Positions 1 through 7,525 are shown, counted from the stretch's first letter. The stretch: DNA of 10,201 bases from Bdellovibrio sp. (GCA_046318155.1 JBKCUU010000080.1:1-10201), one strand, 5' to 3'. Translations and numbers: made by a program. The notes: generated by a model from the letters alone, not told the origin.

Positions 1-1
1 G

Positions 2-157
2 CCTGAGACCAACCGCATTGTTCTGAAATGGAATCCCCCAGTCGTGCAAGGCCAGGATGAGCAGATTGGCGAGCAGATTGTATTTATAGAAGGTGGCAAG
101 AAAGGTAAGATTGAGAAGATTAGGGCCCGGGTCGAAAAAGGGCCGGATGAAAAGTGA
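2..157 (+). CDS. lptA: LptA/OstA-family LPS transport periplasmic protein, 3' end only (5'-partial)
   Basis: Frame 2 is open from the window start to TGA 155-157: PETNRIVLKWNPPVVQGQDEQIGEQIVFIEGGKKGKIEKIRARVEKGPDEK. This resembles the LptA C-terminus (IVLxGNPxVxQGxDxxxGExI pattern), and it lies directly upstream of lptB in the conserved lptA-lptB-rpoN order. Not in the ORF track. Confidence 0.75.
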   Translation, partial: PETNRIVLKWNPPVVQGQDEQIGEQIVFIEGGKKGKIEKIRARVEKGPDEK

Positions 158-183
158 AACTGAAAAGTGAAACTGAAAAGTGA
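148..183. repeat. 13-bp tandem repeat (TGAAAAGTGAAAC) x2.8
   Basis: Exact copies at 148-160 and 161-173, and a 10-bp partial copy at 174-183. It spans the lptA stop codon and the lptA-lptB gap. Confidence 0.95.
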
Positions 184-190
184 GAGTTGA

Positions 191-913
191 ATGAGTCAGT
201 TAGTCGTCAAAGAAATCGGCAAGTCTTATAAGAAACGCAAAGTCGTTTCGGGCGTGTCGTTTTCGATCGAGTCCGGTCAAGTCGTGGGACTTTTGGGACC
301 CAACGGTGCTGGAAAGACGACCAGCTTTTATATGGTGGTCGGCCTTGTCCAACCTGACGAGGGCGATATTTTTCTCGATGACCACTCGATTGGCAATCAA
401 CCCATGTACAAGCGTGCAGGGGTCGGACTCAGTTACTTGCCGCAAGAGCCCAGCATCTTTCGTAAGCTCACCGTGGCCGAAAATGTGATCGTGGCACTTG
501 AAGCTCATGGCTATTCAGACTCGGAAAAATCTGAGCGCCTCGAATCTCTTTTGAATGACTTTCGGATCACGCACATTCGCGACAGTTTTGGTTATGCACT
601 TTCGGGCGGTGAAAGGCGGCGTGTCGAAATCGCTCGCTCGCTGGCGGGATCCCCTAAATTTTTGCTTTTAGATGAGCCCTTCGCTGGGATTGACCCGATC
701 GCGGTCGGGGATATTCAAGACATTATCTGTTTGCTCAAGTCCAAGGGTATGGGCGTGCTGATCACGGATCATAATGTGCGTGAAACGTTGGGAATTTGCG
801 ATTTCGCCTACATTTTGAAAGAAGGCCAGATTCAAGTCCAGGGGACGGCCCATGAAATTGCAAATAACGAGCTAGCTAAAAAATTCTATTTAGGCGAAAA
901 TTTTAAACTGTAA
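191..913 (+). CDS. lptB: LPS export ABC transporter ATP-binding protein LptB (240 aa)
   Basis: Walker [11 protein letters not shown]-loop [12 protein letters not shown], signature [13 protein letters not shown], Walker [14 protein letters not shown]-loop [11 protein letters not shown] and C-terminal YLGENFKL are all LptB-typical. Located upstream of rpoN. Confidence 0.97.
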   Translation: MSQLVVKEIGKSYKKRKVVSGVSFSIESGQVVGLLGPNGAGKTTSFYMVVGLVQPDEGDIFLDDHSIGNQPMYKRAGVGLSYLPQEPSIFRKLTVAENVIVALEAHGYSDSEKSERLESLLNDFRITHIRDSFGYALSGGERRRVEIARSLAGSPKFLLLDEPFAGIDPIAVGDIQDIICLLKSKGMGVLITDHNVRETLGICDFAYILKEGQIQVQGTAHEIANNELAKKFYLGENFKL

Positions 914-954
914 GGGCGCGAAGCGCCCACTGTTCGATGCGCCCCTTTGGGGCG
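914..954. repeat. Two adjacent GC-rich mini-hairpins after the lptB stop (mRNA-stabilising, REP-like or weak terminator)
   Basis: GGGCGC-GAA-GCGCCC (914-928) and CGCCCC-TTT-GGGGCG (940-954). Only TGTTT follows, so there is no strong U-tract. Confidence 0.55.
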
Positions 955-1076
955 GCTGTTTAAGGCTGAAGTTTGTAGCTAGTAGGCAGCGAAGTATTTA
1001 CGCCCCATAGAGGCAACAGTTTTAGACCGAGGATGTTTAGGCTGAAGAGTTTTAGTTTACGAAGGGTTTGAGTTGA

Positions 1077-2510
1077 ATGGCTAAAATGAGTCAACAGATG
1101 AGAATGTCTCAGACGTTGCGGATGACTCAGCAACTTCAGCAGGCCATAAAACTGTTGCAATTGTCCCGTCTCGAACTTGAAACCGCTGTTCGCGCCGAGT
1201 TGGATGAAAACCCCATTCTTGAAGAGACCGTGGATCTTAAAGAAGAGGATTTCGAGCGCGTCAAGGAAGTCGAGGCCGAGGTCGCTCCTCAAGAGGCGGC
1301 TTCCGAGCAACAGGGGGCTCAAGATCCCCAGAAGCAAGACGAGTTCGAGTGGGAGTCCTACCTCGACAATCAGTACAAACCACCGAATCAAAATCTCGGC
1401 GGTAACGAAGAGATTATGAACTATGAGAACACGATTTCGACGCAGCAAAATCTGCACGATTACCTGTTCTGGCAAGCCAAGATGTTCGGTTTCAACGAAG
1501 AAGAACTCGCGATCGCGGAGCTCTTGATCAATTACATCGACGACGACGGTTATTTGCTGACTCCGCTTGAAGAAATCGGTGCGTCTGAAGGCGTGACCGC
1601 CGATGAACTCGAAGAGGTCCTCAAATTCGTTCACGAATTTGACCCCCCTGGCGTAGGCGCACGAAATTTGAAAGAGTGCCTCTTGATTCAAGCCAAGGTG
1701 CTTGAAGAAGACACGCATGACCTCGTCAATATCTTAAATAATCACCTGAAAGATCTCGAAAAGAAGAACTTCGAAGGCATCGCCAAAGCCATGGGCCGCG
1801 AAGCCAGAGAGATCTACGAGATTTGCCAAATCGTTTACGCCATGGATCCCAAGCCGGGCCGCGCGTACGCAACGCCGGACACCCAATATGTGACACCGGA
1901 TGTGTACGTGTACAAAGTGGGCGATGATTTTATGGTTTCGCTCAACGAAGACGGTTTGCCGCGCCTTAAAATCTCGAACTTCTATCGTAATATGCTGAAG
2001 TCGGGCGATAGCAAGGCGACGCAAGAGTACATCCAAGAAAAATTGAAGTCTGCTGTGTGGTTGATCAAGTCGATCCACCAACGTCAGCGCACAATCTACA
2101 AAGTGACCGACAGTATCGTGAAACATCAAAGAGAGTTTCTTGATAAGGGAGCTGGCTTTTTGAAACCGATGGTCTTGCGCGATATCGCCAACGACATCGG
2201 CATGCACGAATCAACCGTCAGTCGTGTGACAACCAACAAATATGTCCATACGCCCCAGGGGATCTTTGAACTGAAGTACTTCTTCAATTCAGGAATTAGC
2301 ACGACCGATGGGGACTCGATGGCCTCCGAGAGCGTGAAACTCAAGATCAAAGAACTCATTGCGAAGGAAGATGGCAAAGATCCGCACTCGGATCAGAAGC
2401 TGGTTGAAATGCTCAAGGACGATGGGATTCAGATTGCTCGCCGGACGGTGGCCAAGTACCGCGATATGCTCAAGATTTTACCCTCTTCTCGGCGTAAGAA
2501 GATCATGTAG
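1077..2510 (+). CDS. rpoN: RNA polymerase sigma-54 factor (477 aa)
   Basis: Gln/Leu-rich region I (MTQQLQQAIKLLQLSRLEL), DDDGYL, FDPPGVGARNLKECL, HESTVSRVT helix-turn-helix, ELKYFF, and the RpoN box ARRTVAKYR. Confidence 0.99.
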   Translation: MAKMSQQMRMSQTLRMTQQLQQAIKLLQLSRLELETAVRAELDENPILEETVDLKEEDFERVKEVEAEVAPQEAASEQQGAQDPQKQDEFEWESYLDNQYKPPNQNLGGNEEIMNYENTISTQQNLHDYLFWQAKMFGFNEEELAIAELLINYIDDDGYLLTPLEEIGASEGVTADELEEVLKFVHEFDPPGVGARNLKECLLIQAKVLEEDTHDLVNILNNHLKDLEKKNFEGIAKAMGREAREIYEICQIVYAMDPKPGRAYATPDTQYVTPDVYVYKVGDDFMVSLNEDGLPRLKISNFYRNMLKSGDSKATQEYIQEKLKSAVWLIKSIHQRQRTIYKVTDSIVKHQREFLDKGAGFLKPMVLRDIANDIGMHESTVSRVTTNKYVHTPQGIFELKYFFNSGISTTDGDSMASESVKLKIKELIAKEDGKDPHSDQKLVEMLKDDGIQIARRTVAKYRDMLKILPSSRRKKIM

Positions 2511-2681
2511 CAGGGGCCTTGGCCCCGCTTTTCCAGATTTCCAAATCTACTTTCCCCGTAATTAAGGACTCGGCATCCATGCCTCGCCGCCCCTTCTTAC
2601 CGCATCCTGCGGGGGCGGAGGTCCTTAATTACGGGGAAAGTAGATTTGGAAATCTGGAAAAGCGAACATGATCCCTGCTCC
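2507..2681. mobile_element. Putative non-autonomous REPIN/MITE-like palindromic element
   Basis: The left end reads GTAG-CA-GGGGCCTTGGCCCC (a GTAG tetranucleotide plus hairpin, as in GTAG-type REPs). The right end read on the minus strand is GGAG-CAGGG. AGCAGGG 2509-2515 pairs with CCCTGCT 2673-2679 and encloses the 44-bp inverted repeat. There is no transposase and no clear target duplication in the window, so mobility is inferred. Confidence 0.45.
2526..2664. repeat. Perfect 44-bp inverted repeat with a 51-bp structured spacer
   Basis: Left arm 2526-2569 (CGCTTTTCCAGATTTCCAAATCTACTTTCCCCGTAATTAAGGAC) is the exact reverse complement of 2621-2664, checked base by base. Confidence 0.97.
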
Positions 2682-2721
2682 GGTTGTTTTCGGACCGGGA
2701 ATAGGGCTCGCTTGGGACGGC

Positions 2722-2759
2722 CAAATCCCGCGGGGATTTGAGCTCCTCGATTTTTTTTT
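2722..2759 (+). terminator. Possible intrinsic terminator between convergent rpoN and potD
   Basis: 8-bp stem CAAATCCC-GCG-GGGATTTG (2722-2740), with a T9 tract at 2751-2759. The 10-nt gap between stem and tract is atypical. Confidence 0.4.
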
Positions 2760-2762
2760 GGG

Positions 2763-3830
2763 CTAGTAGGATTTTATTTCGGTCCAGGCTTCGTCGTATT
2801 GGCGGGTGGTTTCGCCTAGGTCTTTGAGGCGTTCTAGTTTTGTCAGGGCTGCTTTTGTTGGGAACAGGGTTTGGTTTTCTTGGAGGTCCTTGGGGAGCAG
2901 GGATTTTGTTTTTGTGAGGACGGGGCCGGCGAACATGTTTTTGACGAAGGTGGCATTGGTTTCTGGCGTCAAGAAGAAGTTGATGAGTTCGTGGGCTTCT
3001 TTGAGGTGTTTTGCGCCTTTTAAGATCACCAAGTTGTCGATGGCCATGGTGCTGCCCTCTGAAGGGATGATGAAGTCGACTTTGCCGTTGGTTTTTTTGC
3101 GGGCTTGGAAAGCGTCGATGGAGTAGGCGTGGGCGGCGGCCACCTCTTTGTTTGCTAAGGCTTCGACCAAATCTGAGCGGAACATTTTGATGTTTTTGCG
3201 GATGGCGAGCAGGTCTTTTTTGGCTTTTTCGATTTGAACTGTGTCCGTGGTGTTGTAGCTATGGCCTTCTTTTTTGAGGGCTGCGCCCAAGGTTTCTCGG
3301 GCGTCGTCTAAGAACGAAATTTTGCCGGCCAGGTCTTTGTTGGTGAACAAATCTTTCCAACCTTTGATATCGCCCTTAAACAAATCTCGCTGAACTGCGA
3401 TGCCGGTCGATGTCCACGAATAGGGGACCGAGAACTTGTTTGCTGGGTCATAGGATTGCGCTAAAAAATCAGGATTGAGTTCGTCAAAGTTTGTGAGGGC
3501 AATGCGGTCAAGAGGCTCGAGCATCTCCATTTTGACCATGATTTCAACCATGTAGTCTGAAGGGACCGCGAGGTCGTAGCCGCTGGCACCAGCTTGGATT
3601 TTGGCCAAGAGCTCCTCGTTAGACGAGTAGTTGCTCATTCGAATTTCGATGCCGGTTTTTTTAAAAAACGCTTCGCTTTGTTCGGGGCTCAGGTAATTGC
3701 CCCAGATCGCAAGGTTCACCACGCGCTTATCGATTCCGGCGGCAGCTTTGGGAGCTGATTCTGTCGTCGATTTTTTTGTGCAACCACCAGCGCAGAGGGT
3801 GGACAGCAAAAGTACCAGGAGCTTTTTCAT
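2763..3830 (-). CDS. potD: Spermidine/putrescine ABC transporter substrate-binding protein, PotD/PotF family (355 aa, probable lipoprotein)
   Basis: Motifs WGNY, SSNEE, YDLAVPSDY, PYSWTSTGI, DDARE and PSEG..AIDN. I place the start at ATG 3830 rather than 3860, because it has an SD-like AAGGTGAG upstream and begins a signal peptide MKKLLVLLLSTLCAGGC. potD versus potF cannot be decided by eye. Confidence 0.9.
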   Translation of the reverse strand: MKKLLVLLLSTLCAGGCTKKSTTESAPKAAAGIDKRVVNLAIWGNYLSPEQSEAFFKKTGIEIRMSNYSSNEELLAKIQAGASGYDLAVPSDYMVEIMVKMEMLEPLDRIALTNFDELNPDFLAQSYDPANKFSVPYSWTSTGIAVQRDLFKGDIKGWKDLFTNKDLAGKISFLDDARETLGAALKKEGHSYNTTDTVQIEKAKKDLLAIRKNIKMFRSDLVEALANKEVAAAHAYSIDAFQARKKTNGKVDFIIPSEGSTMAIDNLVILKGAKHLKEAHELINFFLTPETNATFVKNMFAGPVLTKTKSLLPKDLQENQTLFPTKAALTKLERLKDLGETTRQYDEAWTEIKSY

Positions 3831-3866
3831 TTGGATCTCACCTTGGGGAACTGCTAGCATTCTTTC
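3831..3866 (+). promoter_or_regulatory. Candidate sigma-70 extended -10 promoter for a leaderless potA transcript
   Basis: TG-C-TAGCAT (3852-3860) fits TGnTAnnnT and lies 6 nt before ATG 3867. TTGGAT at 3831-3836 is a weak -35 with an 18-bp spacer. There is no SD immediately before the ATG. Confidence 0.4.
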
Positions 3867-4997
3867 ATGCTGGAAATTGCGAAGATTTGCAAAAAATTTC
3901 TGGGGACCTCCGAGCTTGTTTTGAGGGGCGTGAGCTTTAAGCTGTCAAAAGGGGAGGCCCTTTCGCTTTTAGGACCCAGTGGCTGCGGTAAAACGACATT
4001 GCTTAGAATTATAGCAGGCCTCGAGAATGCGGATTCGGGCCAAATTTTGTTGGGGGGCCAGGATCTAGCTGCTGTTCCCACTCAAAAGCGCCCCTTCCAC
4101 TTGGTTTTTCAAAAGCATGCGCTCTTTCCGCACTTGAGTGTCTTTGAAAATATCGCGTTTGGCCTTCGGCTCAAAAATGTTCCCGATTCTGATCTTCGCG
4201 ACCGGGTTCAAGAAGTACTTGAAATGGTTCGCCTCCCAGACTTCGCGGGACGTGCGCCCAGCACGCTGTCGGGAGGACAGGCCCAACGGGTGGCGCTGGC
4301 CCGAGCTTTGGTCAATCGGCCAGATGTTCTGTTGCTCGACGAGCCCTTTTCGGCTCTTGACCTTAAACTACGCCGCGAATTGCAGGCTGAACTGCGGTTG
4401 TTGCAGAAAAAACTGCAACTGAGTTTGATTTTTGTGACGCATGATCAAGAAGAGGCCTTTGTCCTGTCGGACCGCGTGATCTTGATGAATCAAGGCTTGA
4501 TCGAGCAAGAAAGTTCGCCCCGCGAAATTTACCAAGCGCCTCAAACCGCTTTTACAGCGGAATTTGTCGGTTCGGTCAGCCGGCTCAACGTCGACCGCAT
4601 TCACTCCGTTCAAAATGGTCGTCTTGATTTTGAAAGCGCCGGGTTCAAATTGAAAGGCAAAAGTTTTTCGGCGGACGTTCTTGGCCAAGCCGCTCAAGCC
4701 TATATCCGCCCCGAGGCATTTCATTTGAAAAAGAATGAGAAAGAACTGATCACGGACAATACGATTGAAGTCACCATCATGGATTGGTTTTTTCGAGGCT
4801 CTGAAGTTTTACTCGAAACTCAATTGGGAACTCGCGATTTGGTTTGGGTTGCCGTTCAGCCGCATGAGTGGAGCGAAGAGACCTACAAGCGCGGAGCCAA
4901 AGTTCAGTTGCACTTTCGATCAAGCGAGACGTGGATTTACCCGACTCAACTCGAGTCTCAGCCTGGCGAGCCGGGTGGCGGCGAGGCTTTGCGGTGA
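3867..4997 (+). CDS. potA: Polyamine ABC transporter ATP-binding protein PotA (376 aa)
   Basis: Walker A GPSGCGKTT, VFQKHALFPHLSVFENIAFGL, LSGGQAQRVALARAL, LLLDEPFSALDLKLR, FVTHDQEEA and a C-terminal TOBE-type region (IRPE). Flanked by potD-like and potB-like genes. Confidence 0.92.
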   Translation: MLEIAKICKKFLGTSELVLRGVSFKLSKGEALSLLGPSGCGKTTLLRIIAGLENADSGQILLGGQDLAAVPTQKRPFHLVFQKHALFPHLSVFENIAFGLRLKNVPDSDLRDRVQEVLEMVRLPDFAGRAPSTLSGGQAQRVALARALVNRPDVLLLDEPFSALDLKLRRELQAELRLLQKKLQLSLIFVTHDQEEAFVLSDRVILMNQGLIEQESSPREIYQAPQTAFTAEFVGSVSRLNVDRIHSVQNGRLDFESAGFKLKGKSFSADVLGQAAQAYIRPEAFHLKKNEKELITDNTIEVTIMDWFFRGSEVLLETQLGTRDLVWVAVQPHEWSEETYKRGAKVQLHFRSSETWIYPTQLESQPGEPGGGEALR

Positions 4998-5725
4998 GAG
5001 CAGCTGGCAAAAGAGGCTTGGACCTCTTTGGACTTCCGGCGCTGCTCTGGTTTTGCTTTTTTTTGCTGGGTCCCTTGCTTCAAGTTTTTTGGCTGACCTT
5101 TCAGCGCCGAGGACTTTATGGCGGTGTTGAGTTTTCGATCAGTCTGCAGAATTACGTTCGCAGTTTAAACCCCATTTATTTCGAAATTTTGCTAAAGAGT
5201 TTAGTGCTTGCCTCACTGACCTCGGTGATCTGCTTGGGCTTGGCGCTTCCTTTGGCGTGGGGCTTAACAAGTTTTTCGATGCGAAAAAAAAAACTGCTAC
5301 TCATTTTTTTGGCTGTTCCGTTCTTTATGAACATGATCGCACGGATTTATTCATTGAAAACGCTTTTGCACGTCGATGGACCCATCGCTCGAGTTTTGGC
5401 TCTCTTGGGCATTGAAGGCGAGCTGCTCAATTTGTCGCAGAATTTTCCGCTCGTCATGTACGGTCTGGTCACGTCTTACTTGCCTTACATGCTTCTGCCG
5501 ATCTGGATTCAGCTCGAAAAAACGGATCCTGCTCTGATTGAATCGGCGATGGATTTAGGCAGGAGTCCTCCCAAGATGTCTTTTCAGAAAAAGTGCTTTG
5601 CGAGGAAGGGGGATCTGTCGTGTCGGTTAAGCTGCGTCGATTCTCCGTCAGTTTCGCAATTCGTTTTCAAAAGCAATTTGTTTCGAGGTGAGGAAATTTT
5701 TCCTTCCGCCACGAAGCGAGCTTGA
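4994..5725 (+). pseudogene. potB: PotB-family permease, apparently 3'-truncated after the EAA motif
   Basis: The likely start is GTG 4994, overlapping the potA stop (GTGA), not 4868. PotB motifs LQNY, PFFMNMIARIYS, YLPYMLLPI and EKTDPALIESAMDLG end at 5560 (residue 189). The following 54 residues are hydrophilic, lack the expected last TM helices, and overlap the convergent gene by 142 bp. Confidence 0.7.
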
Positions 5726-6894
5726 GAATAGAACCGAAGCTGTTTGGTTCCGCGTTTTTTGAGACAAAGATGACGAGCCCAGCCGCCCGCAAAGGCACTG
5801 CGGGGTCCTTTATCGATCAGTCTCAGTAGGGCCCGCTGGATGCGCCGGTTGTGTGGGTGAAAGCTCTCTGTATGTCTTTCTCCGTCTGAATTGGTGATAT
5901 CAATCCAAAAGGGACCATTTGTCGAAGAGCCGACATATCGAAAGTGCTGAAATGAAAATCGCAAATATTTCGAGATTTCCTGGTTTGTTTTTTTAAGAAA
6001 AGGCGGCGCACTTTTTCCAAGAAAAACACCAAAGAGCAAAAAAATCGTAGCACCAAGGAGACCTCCCGCTAAAGTCAACCGCGCCCTCCTCGGCCAGGTG
6101 TGGTTTTGTTGAGAAGGCGTGAAGCTCGAGTCATCGAATCTAAGGAAGACAAGGCACAGGCAGGAGCAAAACAGGGGAAGTCTGCCAAGCTCTAGAATCG
6201 CCCCCGTGCTGAGATGAAATCCGATCAAAAAAAAGAGGCTCGTATTTCTCCATTCTCGGGTCTTGCTTGCAAACAACATAAGCAAGGGGATGACTTGCTC
6301 CGTCCAGACAAACAAATGCGTCGCGGCCTGGAGCTGCGTCAGTCCCTCGACCGGCCAATCTGAAATGCGAGACATGAGCGGATCTTTGACGAGCCTCAGA
6401 AGGGCGTCTCCTGTTGCCCAAAGTCCCTCTCGTTTTGAGAACCCCGCGATCGCATAGGTGAGGATGAGTTGAAAAAAAAGAAGATCACGTCCTCTTTCTG
6501 AGATCGGGGGCGCGAGTTGGCCAGGTGGCCAGCTCGTCAGACGCGGAATCGGTGGAAGTGCCAAGATCCACAAGAGAATCATCATCACATAGCCATCGGT
6601 TCCCGTCAAAAGCTCCGGGATTTGGGAAAACAAATACGAAGATGTTAACAAGTGTAAAAACGTGGCTCTTCGAGTGAAAACTCCAAAAAAGATAAATCCA
6701 GAAGCGAGTAGCTGAATCAGCAAGACAGCCGCCACAAGCCCTGAGCTGCGTTCGGGGAAGCCGCCGACTCCCGTCCCAAGAATTCCCTGTGGTCCAAACA
6801 AAAAGTCAAAGTTGTAACCAAATTCGATTGTTTCTAATGCCAAGAGGAGCCCGGTCAAAGTTCGAAAGAAAAGGAGTGAGCGCGGGTCAGTCAT
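5584..6894 (-). CDS. HTTM-domain (vitamin K-dependent gamma-carboxylase-like / SdpB-like) multi-pass membrane protein (436 aa)
   Basis: Family-typical motifs occur in order: DPRSLLFFRTLTGLLL, GVFTR, PELLTGTD..LLWILALP, QLILTYAIAGFSK...W.TGDA, WTEQVIP and FHLSTGAILELGRLP. There are many hydrophobic segments and a basic soluble C-terminal region. Assigned by motif recognition only. Confidence 0.78.
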   Translation of the reverse strand: MTDPRSLLFFRTLTGLLLALETIEFGYNFDFLFGPQGILGTGVGGFPERSSGLVAAVLLIQLLASGFIFFGVFTRRATFLHLLTSSYLFSQIPELLTGTDGYVMMILLWILALPPIPRLTSWPPGQLAPPISERGRDLLFFQLILTYAIAGFSKREGLWATGDALLRLVKDPLMSRISDWPVEGLTQLQAATHLFVWTEQVIPLLMLFASKTREWRNTSLFFLIGFHLSTGAILELGRLPLFCSCLCLVFLRFDDSSFTPSQQNHTWPRRARLTLAGGLLGATIFLLFGVFLGKSAPPFLKKTNQEISKYLRFSFQHFRYVGSSTNGPFWIDITNSDGERHTESFHPHNRRIQRALLRLIDKGPRSAFAGGWARHLCLKKRGTKQLRFYSQARFVAEGKISSPRNKLLLKTNCETDGESTQLNRHDRSPFLAKHFF

Positions 6895-6934
6895 GATGCG
6901 TTAACTCTAGACACCCTGGCCGGGGTCTCCCACC

Positions 6935-6940
6935 ATTATA
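6935..6940 (-). promoter_or_regulatory. Consensus -10 hexamer upstream of the HTTM gene
   Basis: TATAAT on the minus strand, 40 nt upstream of ATG 6894, within the 49-bp divergent gap. No good -35 at 17 bp. Confidence 0.35.
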
Positions 6941-6943
6941 TCC

Positions 6944-7525
6944 ATGAGACAATTAATTTTCGTCTTTGGTCTGGTTTTCGTTTCTCAGAGTCTATTCGCG
7001 GGCGATTTAGAAGCTGTGATTGCATCCGTGGAGTGCCGTCAATCGGGTTCAGCGGCTCCCGTTGATATTCTTGAAAACATTCGAAAACAAGCGCCTTCAA
7101 TCGCGCTCTTGGTTTTCACTGCGCCTTGGTGCGCCGCTTGCCGCAAGCTCGAGAATAAACTTTCGAATCAAGGGGGCCTCATCGGTTCAGATGTTCGACT
7201 TTTTTTTCTTTCGCTTGAGCAGAGACCGGGTCAACAGGTTGACAAAAAGAAGCCAAAGCAAGCTCGATTCCCGTCTGAGAGTCGCCTTAAGAGGTTTCCC
7301 ACCGGCACCTTCTTTTCGTGCACCCCTGTCGGATCAGCGTCAAAAAGTCTCAGTCTGAGGATTCCGGTCTATTTCTTGATGAACGCGGGTCGTCTCGATA
7401 CGCAATTTAAAGGATTTTCTGGAGCCAATGTCGGCCTGCTCGCGCGGCGACTGAGTTGGCTCCGAGGCAATGAGGCGGCTTCGTTGGATCCCGCTTTTGA
7501 GGACAGTATCGATGATGAAGAATAA
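6944..7525 (+). CDS. Secreted thioredoxin-fold thiol-disulfide oxidoreductase (TlpA/ResA-like, 193 aa)
   Basis: Signal peptide MRQLIFVFGLVFVSQSLFA, active site LVFTAPWCAAC, a cis-Pro-type motif IPVYFLMN, and two additional Cys. Confidence 0.8.
   Translation: MRQLIFVFGLVFVSQSLFAGDLEAVIASVECRQSGSAAPVDILENIRKQAPSIALLVFTAPWCAACRKLENKLSNQGGLIGSDVRLFFLSLEQRPGQQVDKKKPKQARFPSESRLKRFPTGTFFSCTPVGSASKSLSLRIPVYFLMNAGRLDTQFKGFSGANVGLLARRLSWLRGNEAASLDPAFEDSIDDEE

Noticed and set aside
2..120. Odd residues in the LptA tail (KWNPP where GNPR is expected)
   Set aside because: This could be divergence or low-quality sequence near an edge. It cannot be evaluated without reads or homologs.
960..2377. Minus-strand ORFs of 252, 157 and 83 aa
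   Set aside because: They are antisense shadows of rpoN with no recognisable motifs.
2359..2565. 68-aa ORF running into the inverted repeat
   Set aside because: It overlaps the rpoN box region out of frame, and its tail is just translated repeat sequence.
2526..2664. CRISPR array, retron msr-msd or autonomous IS interpretation of the repeat
   Set aside because: There are only two copies, inverted, with no spacer series. No cas, reverse transcriptase or transposase gene is present in the window.
2501..2673. Additional complementarity GATCATGT (2501-2508) with ACATGATC (2666-2673)
   Set aside because: It is only 8 bp, lies in rpoN coding sequence, and is incompatible with the AGCAGGG/CCCTGCT pairing, so it may be chance.
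3584..3598. TGGCAC-containing sigma-54-like site inside potD (also at 492-506 in lptB)
   Set aside because: Neither has the required GG-N10-GC spacing, and both are intragenic.
4868..4993. N-terminal extension of the potB ORF in the track
   Set aside because: It overlaps potA by more than 120 bp and is not PotB-like. GTG 4994, coupled to the potA stop, is the better start.
5284..5293. A10 homopolymer in potB as a phase-variation switch
   Set aside because: It is in frame (RKKK loop) and PotB homology continues after it. Similar A/T runs are common in this window.
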